A DNA stretch of 64,000 bases from Tubiluchus corallicola (Eukaryota > Animalia > Priapulida). How positions within the stretch are numbered: the stretch's first letter is position 1; each line of letters opens with the position of its first letter. Of this stretch, positions 56,901-64,000 are shown one piece after another. The notes beneath the pieces are model-generated. The model did not search any database. It saw nothing but the letters and a program-made list of their open reading frames with translations, and had not been told where the DNA came from. The position numbers were made by a program, and so were the translations under genes. The stretch lies in the NCBI GenBank assembly GCA_030141605.1, contig JAQGDQ010000125.1:124001-188000 (forward strand). The letters are read 5' to 3'.

Positions 56901-59900
56901 CAGCACAAGTCAGTTCATGATTAAATAATGCTGTTAAAGGTGATAATGTCAATATCATTACTTGCTGACGCAGCAGGTGTATCAGCAGGTGAGTTTCCGG
57001 AAGTCCTCCCTTGACTTACTGGACTTTTTTGTCTTTTGTGTTCAGTTTTCTTCCTAAAATATAGACAAGGCACAAATATGTAACACGCAAATATAATATT
57101 TTTGAAGTTTTTTTTTACAAAAGTCACGTGACTGCTGCAACTTCTCTTATAAGAATCCATGCCCACTAACTAACAATAAATGCAGCAACTGTTAAAGAAA
57201 ACATGAATTATAAGTAGCATTACTAAACATGTATAAGCATTCTATTTCCATAGTTCTTGTAAATGCTGACATAGTTTACTAACGCCATAAACATACAATG
57301 ATACAAAGATAAAAAATTGCATATTGATATTTAAAAAAAACTCAGCTTGTCCTTTAAATGTATAAGAAGCATCTGAGTAACTTCTAAATAGGCGAAAGAA
57401 AGAATTTAGTGGTCACAGTGTGTCCTGAGAAATTGAAGCTAGCCAGCATTGGGCCTGGTTATTAAATGTAAGGGTGATTACCCAGGAAAAAGCGTCTGGA
57501 TGGTCGCATCTTACCTATGACTATTTATTTTAACAGGGGACAATGTGTAAATGCACCAAATAACTAAGAAATTTCTGCTGGGTAAATCCCCTTTCTGATC
57601 AGTACCCTGGATTATAAGTTAGATACCAGCCCTGCCACGATTGCCAATTAATAAATAGGCTCTACTGTAAGTACTGACCATCTTGAAGTATACTTGGGTC
57701 TGTCATGTCCTACTTTCTTATTTCCTGTACAGTTAATTGGTTTTATATAGAAAATTGTCATAGTATCCATTTTTTGTAAAAATCTAAAATACATAGCATT
57801 GGGGCACATCCATTTAATGACAATGACAAATTTAACAGGAGGTGTATTGGGAAAGAGAAAATGTGCACTCTGTTATGTGGGTCTGTTCAATTGTCTATAA
57901 TATCTTATTGCAAAATTTTGAGCCTCTGACGTTGAAAACTGTGGCTGTTATAAGAGTGAAGAATTTTATCATTTTTTTACATAACAAGGCCTTCGGTCTT
58001 ATTTTATATCTGCTAGAGAGCCAAAAGGGCATTATAGCAACTACAAAGCCAAATTTAGCAAATACTCGCGTGTGTTCAATTAATTAAAAGACGAATAAAC
58101 AAAGCTTTTATGACCATATTAGTGCTACATATAAGAAAGTTGTGCTGAAAAATGAAATGGACAGAATAGCATAACAGGTGGAATATTCCCATTTTTCCTT
58201 TTTTTGTGATTAAACAAAGTTTTTTGATGGCAATAAGTAAAGTAAGATGACCGGGTATATGCAAATCTACCAAATTTAATGTACCAATTCGTTGTGCTTT
58301 AATTAAGTTCACAGAAACACAGCTTAGGTGCAGTAATTATAAAATTGGAAAATACAATCTGTACGAATAAACTGAGAACAATTAAGTTAAAAAAACACTT
58401 TTATGAAGTATGAACACAGCCAATTCCATAGACCAAAACAGAGTAATCGTTGAAAATACCAGTTTTACTAACTATCTACAGCGAGTGAAAGATGTTTACC
58501 AAGGCACCTTAAGAATTTACACAGGTGCCAGTCTGTAGTGCATGTTTCCCTTGGTGACAAAGATGCCAATTTGCAAACCAGTTTCGGCTTTTGAGTTGAG
58601 CGGTTATTTGTGTGAATTATAAGTATTATACGCAGTAAATAGAATGTACAGAATTAACTAGATCAAATAGCTGATGATTCTAACTCACTACATCACAAAA
58701 TTTAGCAGGTCTATGTACTCTTAATAAAAAGTTACATTCCTATTATTACCAGTGTTATATTATATATTACTAATTATATACGAATCCAGATAAAAAAAGT
58801 CATAAGTAAAAAAGTTACAGAAAAAAGGCACAGGGAAAAAGAAACAACTCTAACGCTAACTGTAATCCTAACCCTAACCCCATCAAATACCCCTAACCCT
58901 TAGCCCAAACCCTAACCAGAATTGTGACTTTGTTACTGATCACATTACATACAGAGAGTTTCAGTAGAAACAGTTCAGCAGATATATGCTGATATGCATA
59001 TACTGGAACGTACAAAAACCAGGTTAAATGGCAGAAAAAGTGGAATTATGATGCAAATATAATATCATTTTATAAACGTCATTACTACGACGTCGTAAAG
59101 CAGAATCCAGGTTCATTTTGGATAAATGAACAACATAAAATAACAAGTAACAATAAACAAGGCATCTAACCTGATGAGCTTGAGTGTGTGTTTGTGTGTT
59201 TTATAACATGCAGTACCATACGTCCCCAAATTAATTTTGCACAGTTAGATCAGTTATTGCAGTTATTGTAGCATAATCTCTTACTAAATCATATAACACT
59301 CAACTGCAATACATTTCAGCATATGAACATATTTCTACTATAATGTTTGTTTTGAAACAGCCCATATAGTGCAGAGCTAGGCATGTATGGCCACAGCAGC
59401 ACCTTTGACATTGCCTGCACTAATTTCCGTTAAGCACAAACTTATTTGATGAAAACCAACAAAGTGAGAGCGTCATTTGCTTAAGTAAACTAAAAGCTTT
59501 ACACTATAGTCAACATCATCGTAACTTTGAGCAAACGTCTAAATTCCAAACATGTTGGAAAGAGGCCAACCCAATTAAAAAGTCTGAAAAGACAAGAATT
59601 GAGCTTTTCCAGTAAATCTGCAGATGCAAGTTATTAATACACGTACCAGCTGTACCTCATTGTCAGTTTCACTTTAACAACTGCTAAAAACCCAAAGGTC
59701 ACCATTTATCAACAAGCTAAAGCAAAATAATTCTTCTTGTCAGTATTACTGTAATCTGAAGACTACAATCTGTGATCTAAAGTTCCAAATAGATGATGTA
59801 ATTTAATAACCTCCATTAGGTATATTGAAATATTTACATAAAATGATAAAACTTTTGTCTTTGCAGATCTTTTCACATGCGTGCTCACAGACCAATTCCT

Positions 59901-60604
59901 GCATCACGATTGTAAAAAAGAACAGTGTTTTTAAATCAGATACAAGCGAATTTGCAGTTAGGTGACTCATATTCAGTGAAAGCTAATTAACTGAGATAGG
60001 CAAAACACTTACCTATAGAAATGTTAACACAATTTTTGTTACAGAACTACCATGATATGAACTACATTTTATCTCAAGTAATATTCGGATTCATAGAAAT
60101 AGACGAAATCATATATTATAACCTGTTATATCAGTCACAAAACCTACGTTTTACCCTTTTCCTGTTTCTACAACTGCTACAGCAACTATTGCACATTAAT
60201 TCATAAACATACAAATCTGCATGCATATTCATGTATATATCTAGATAGACAAAGCAAAATGGAAACTAAATGGATTTTACGCAATATTTTTCCTGGAATT
60301 GGAATGTTTTGTTGTCTTAAACATGGAAAAGTAAACACTACAATGAAACATGGCAGAACATTTTATTTTTATGACATATTTAATTACAGGACAATGTTCA
60401 TATCCACTAAACATGACATACAAGGTAGACCCAGACAGGTAACTACCTTTATTTAAATTAATTAAAGGAAAACATTTTGCTGTTCATATTTTTGTGGTAT
60501 CGAGGAACTAGCTTATGCTTAGTTATTTAATGTTCATGTACTGTTCTTGCGACGGCGCTCAGCACTGAGTTACAATAATGTAACCAAACAAAATAAACTT
60601 ACAT
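41971..60604 (-). CDS. TMCC: Transmembrane and coiled-coil domain protein (TMCC/TEX28 family), about 537 aa
   Basis: Exons: 60604-60603 (AT of a split ATG), 57053-56962, 56127-55976, 50035-49843, 49731-49664, 49559-49405, 48860-48816, 48614-48532, 47688-47592, 44444-44171, 43630-43475, 42457-42279, 42088-41971 (TAA); 1614 nt in frame. Motifs: [82 protein letters not shown], and two C-terminal TM helices. The core from 50035 to 41971 is firm; the 5' exons are less so. Confidence 0.9.
44519..44702. repeat. Tandem duplication, 2 copies of about 94 bp
   Basis: gagtt(c/a)aaaatatgcaaaa(c/t)agcaaatgctg…taaatttac begins at 44519 and again at 44613. Confidence 0.9.
46665..46739 (-). CDS. Candidate 75-nt symmetric cassette exon in TMCC ([24 protein letters not shown])
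   Basis: Acceptor tcttttaag, donor AG|gtaaaa. Phase 2-2 matches the flanking exons (47592 and 44444), and the required frame is open. Confidence 0.35.
50050..50890 (+). mobile_element. Non-autonomous Helitron (841 bp)
   Basis: 5' end A|TCTATACT and 3' end CTAG|T (AT target, no TSD). Subterminal hairpin cgcaaaa-tc-ttttgcg at 50862-50877. GC- and CpG-rich interior contrasts with the flanks. Confidence 0.85.
53594..53683 (-). CDS. Candidate alternative first coding exon of TMCC ([30 protein letters not shown])
   Basis: ATG at 53683, open frame, phase-0 donor AAG|gtatat compatible with the phase-0 acceptor at 50035. There is an upstream acceptor-like ttttctattag at 53700. Confidence 0.4.
55530..55900. 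mobile_element. Decayed hAT-like element with GGAGTCGG/GGAATCGG repeats
   Basis: Several ggaatcgg/ggagtcgg units and the terminus gactctacaacact. Confidence 0.45.
58850..58917. repeat. Interstitial degenerate (CCCTAA)n telomere-like repeat
   Basis: cctaaccctaacccc…ccctaacccttagcccaaaccctaacc. Confidence 0.7.
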
Positions 60605-63600
60605 GACTAGTCCAGCAGTTCTATTCAAGTTCTGCTTCTGCCGCTGCAAATTCTGGTCTCGTCAGTCCATAATTGGCATGAACAGAACTTATTCTTACAC
60701 AACCAGTTTCATCTAAAAAAAAGTATTAAATGTAAATTATAAAAAGGCAATGGCATGGTTTATGAATCTGAGTCGCAAACATTGCAAAAAGGTTCTCACA
60801 ACTTTCAAATCCTTATCCCGGGATCTTAACAGTATTGAGAACAGAATAATATAGTGTAGCACAGCAGAGTGGCTACACTAGCAACATACCTAGCTTAAGA
60901 CAACATATCAGAACAGTTTGACTAAGCTAATCATTTTATTTCAGTTAAAGGTTACAATAAATGCTGATAGATTACCATACATAACACAAATTTAGGCTGG
61001 CAACCAAAAATAATACATGCCGACAGAACAACTAAATATGTTAGGCTATTGATTTGAAATTAATATATATCACACAACAGGTATTAAACTGGTAACTAGG
61101 TGCCTGGATACAGAACTCAAATCAATATTCACTGTGAATTGATTGAGCTAGAAATTAAAAACAAACTATCAAACTGACTATACCGAACCTACCAATTTCT
61201 GTCAAAAATTCCTGTTGGCTTAAAAATAAATACACAAGAAAATTTTGGCTAAACTGAATAAATGGTTTACCGAACAAAATGTAATTTCTTACCGTCAAAA
61301 AATCCAAAAACAACAACACTTATGAAAAGTGCACACTCAGCAATATCTGCATCTAAGATAATTAAAACAAGTGATACAAAATTCTGGTGTGAGGCCATCT
61401 GTGAACTGCCACAACTTAAAAATTTGTCTTGAATTTTATATTGCCTATACAAAATTTTACTGAATGCAGAGTGCAGCAGACAAAGAAAATTGATAAAAAT
61501 TTCAAAATTTAAATTCCTAAGCAGATTAACAGGTGCATTTCAAAAGTGAAGTGTCATTAAAGAGTTTTAGCAAGATCTGCCGATACATTTCCATTTTTAA
61601 AAGGCAAAAACATAATAAAGTACAAATCACTAACTTGCTACATAAAAATAATTACCATACCATATTTCTCAAACAAGTTTAGTAATAATTACACTTCTGA
61701 GTTTCCGAAGCATCTTAAACATTGTAACATGGATTATGATTTATTAACAACAAATGACGTGGATCGTGACGGAGGTATAAAAAACAAACTGGGTTTTTTT
61801 TGCAAACCACAGAAGACTATTGTTCAAATAAACAACCAAACAAAAAAGAGATCACAAGCTTTCCAAACCTGAAGAGTTCACTTATGTGAACGGCATTCCA
61901 CTACATTAGACCCAAGATTATATTGTCTAACTCCACAGTGCAGAAAATCTTTTCCCAAGACCCATAATTAATAATATTTACAATGTTACTCTAGTCTGCA
62001 TAATAGTTAGTAATAGTCACCAACAACTGCAGCAGCATCAGAAGATAAACTAGTTAGATCAAAAACTAATACAAATTTGCCAAAACTTATCATATCATGT
62101 GACACTGCACACTCACCCTTACACACTTGATTTTTGTTGAGGACAGAATCTAGCTGCTTATGTTTATATAGTAAGTGTAGCTTATAATGAGCTTCACAAT
62201 ACTGGGTTCAACTTACAGCTACACCATTTGTGTAACTAGTAAATTAAATGAAGTCTTGATAGTGCTAAATCAGGAAGGTGTGATAAGTCTCTAAATACTC
62301 ATCGAAAATCACCTTGTTGCAAATACCTGCAATGTACATTAACTAACATGTAGACATGTACACCATATCAATAGTAATTTAGTAACTATCATCATTTATT
62401 ACTGCATAGTATACTACATCAACAGTTATTGCTCTAAAGATCTTTTTGGACCAAAAGGCTTCCAAGGGAGGAAAGGCTGTCTCATCTAAAATATGGTAAA
62501 CCTGCCCTTCTGGCTCACATTACGACACTGATACAATCTTTTTTAGACATACTTCAAAATTCACTAATATCCCAGCCTAAACAATTGTGGTATTTTTCAG
62601 ATAAAAAATGTAAATAATTATAAATTGTGGCCAGCTTTTATTGTCTAATTCTGATATTTCAAGTAACATTTGATCAAATTATTTTGGCAAACAATTAAAA
62701 TATGCAACCTTCACTAATGAGTATATAAAGCTATGACTGATGGATACATTACAACTCTATAATGTTTGAAAATCAGACCCATCATTGCTTATAAGTTATT
62801 AGAATGTGATAAAAGGAAAATTTACATAAACTACATACATGTGAATTTGCTTACTTAGAGAAGCATACAGCACTTATGGAAACTATAAACTCAGATGAAA
62901 TGTGATAACCACAGTGTGGTTCGTGTGAGTTTTGACTGCACAATCAATATCAATTGTCCTGAAAATAAGTTTTTCCTCGTGCATGAAACCCATTGAAGCA
63001 TTCAATGAATCTGGCACTTGGTCTGTTTACAAAACCATGCATGCATTCTTAGTTAAAGGTGCCTTAATGAGTTCCTTACGCTGGAATATGCATTACACTT
63101 CACAAAGAATTGTTACAAGCCCTCTATAGTAGAGAATTGCATTCATAGCTTTGTTAACAGAAAAGTCCTATGTTGGCGATTAGTAAAAGGTTATATATCT
63201 GGAAATATCGAAATTTAAAAGAGACTCCTCACTGAAAAATCTTCCATTGCAAGTTGAATATCCACAAATTTTCTTTTCCACTGTTTTCATAGTTGCATAT
63301 AGTTAATATAAGATTTGCAGCAATAAGTGAATGAAAAGCATGGCTTCAGTAAGACTGCTTACCATTGCTTAGAGATGAACAAGTTTTAGTGAGATTATTA
63401 CACGTACATACATGTCGTTTTCTGCTTGAAGATACAGCGCAGCGGTGCCTAATGCAGATCATTGTTCATCTAGTACTATTTACGTGTATGGCAATAAAAC
63501 TGAGATATGCACCTATTCTGATGTTGCTGAAATAAAATTTGCCGTTTTGCCGATTATATATCTGTTTTACTGATCATTGAATATGATTTTGTATATATAT

Positions 63601-64000
63601 ATATAAGCAAATGTAGGTAAAAATGGCACAGGAAAAAAATATGTGCTTAGTGTTAAGGCTGCAATGGGGAGTAATTATTTTAGTTATTTTTACCTCTGCC
63701 TAGCAAGTTATGCATCAACACGGTTTCTTTGTTTGTACGTATATTTAATTGTTTTTGTCTGTAGAGGCAGTAAGCTTATTACACAAGAACTACCTAACAG
63801 ATTTCCAAGAAACTTTGTGAAGTAAGGCTTGTATAGGGTGTCAAAGTGGAAAACTTTTCGCCGAAACTTTTTTAACACCAAGTACAAAAAGAAACTTAGT
63901 GAAAGGTCTCAGATACTTGGTGTTTGGTACATCTTTTTGTTACTGTACCTGGACAAACAACTACGAGTTAACTCTAGTTCCATTTCAAGAAATTCTTTCT

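Overview
AT-rich, intron-rich animal (invertebrate-like) genomic DNA, not prokaryotic, so most of the supplied ORFs are exon fragments or noise. Splicing by hand at GT-AG sites gives four genes with continuous reading frames: (1) ATP-dependent 6-phosphofructokinase, + strand, 5' end outside the window, stop at 15664; (2) exosome subunit EXOSC6/MTR3, - strand, 27117-18420; (3) a UBA-domain peptidyl-tRNA hydrolase 2, + strand, 30420-37128; (4) a TMCC/TEX28-family ER membrane coiled-coil protein, - strand, about 60604-41971. The introns hold many DNA-transposon relics: an internally deleted Tc1/mariner, pogo-like MITEs, hAT elements with 8-bp TSDs, a young Helitron and a Sola2-like remnant. The most notable feature is a pair of tandem-duplicated 112-nt PFK exons (11238-11349 and 11451-11562). 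They have identical phases, so they must be mutually exclusive, and they encode alternative versions of the fructose-2,6-bisphosphate allosteric site and tetramer-interface segment. Also notable: a Helitron inserted 14 nt from a TMCC exon, a TMCC start codon formed across a splice junction (AT|G), and a candidate SUMO-interacting motif between the UBA and PTH2 domains.
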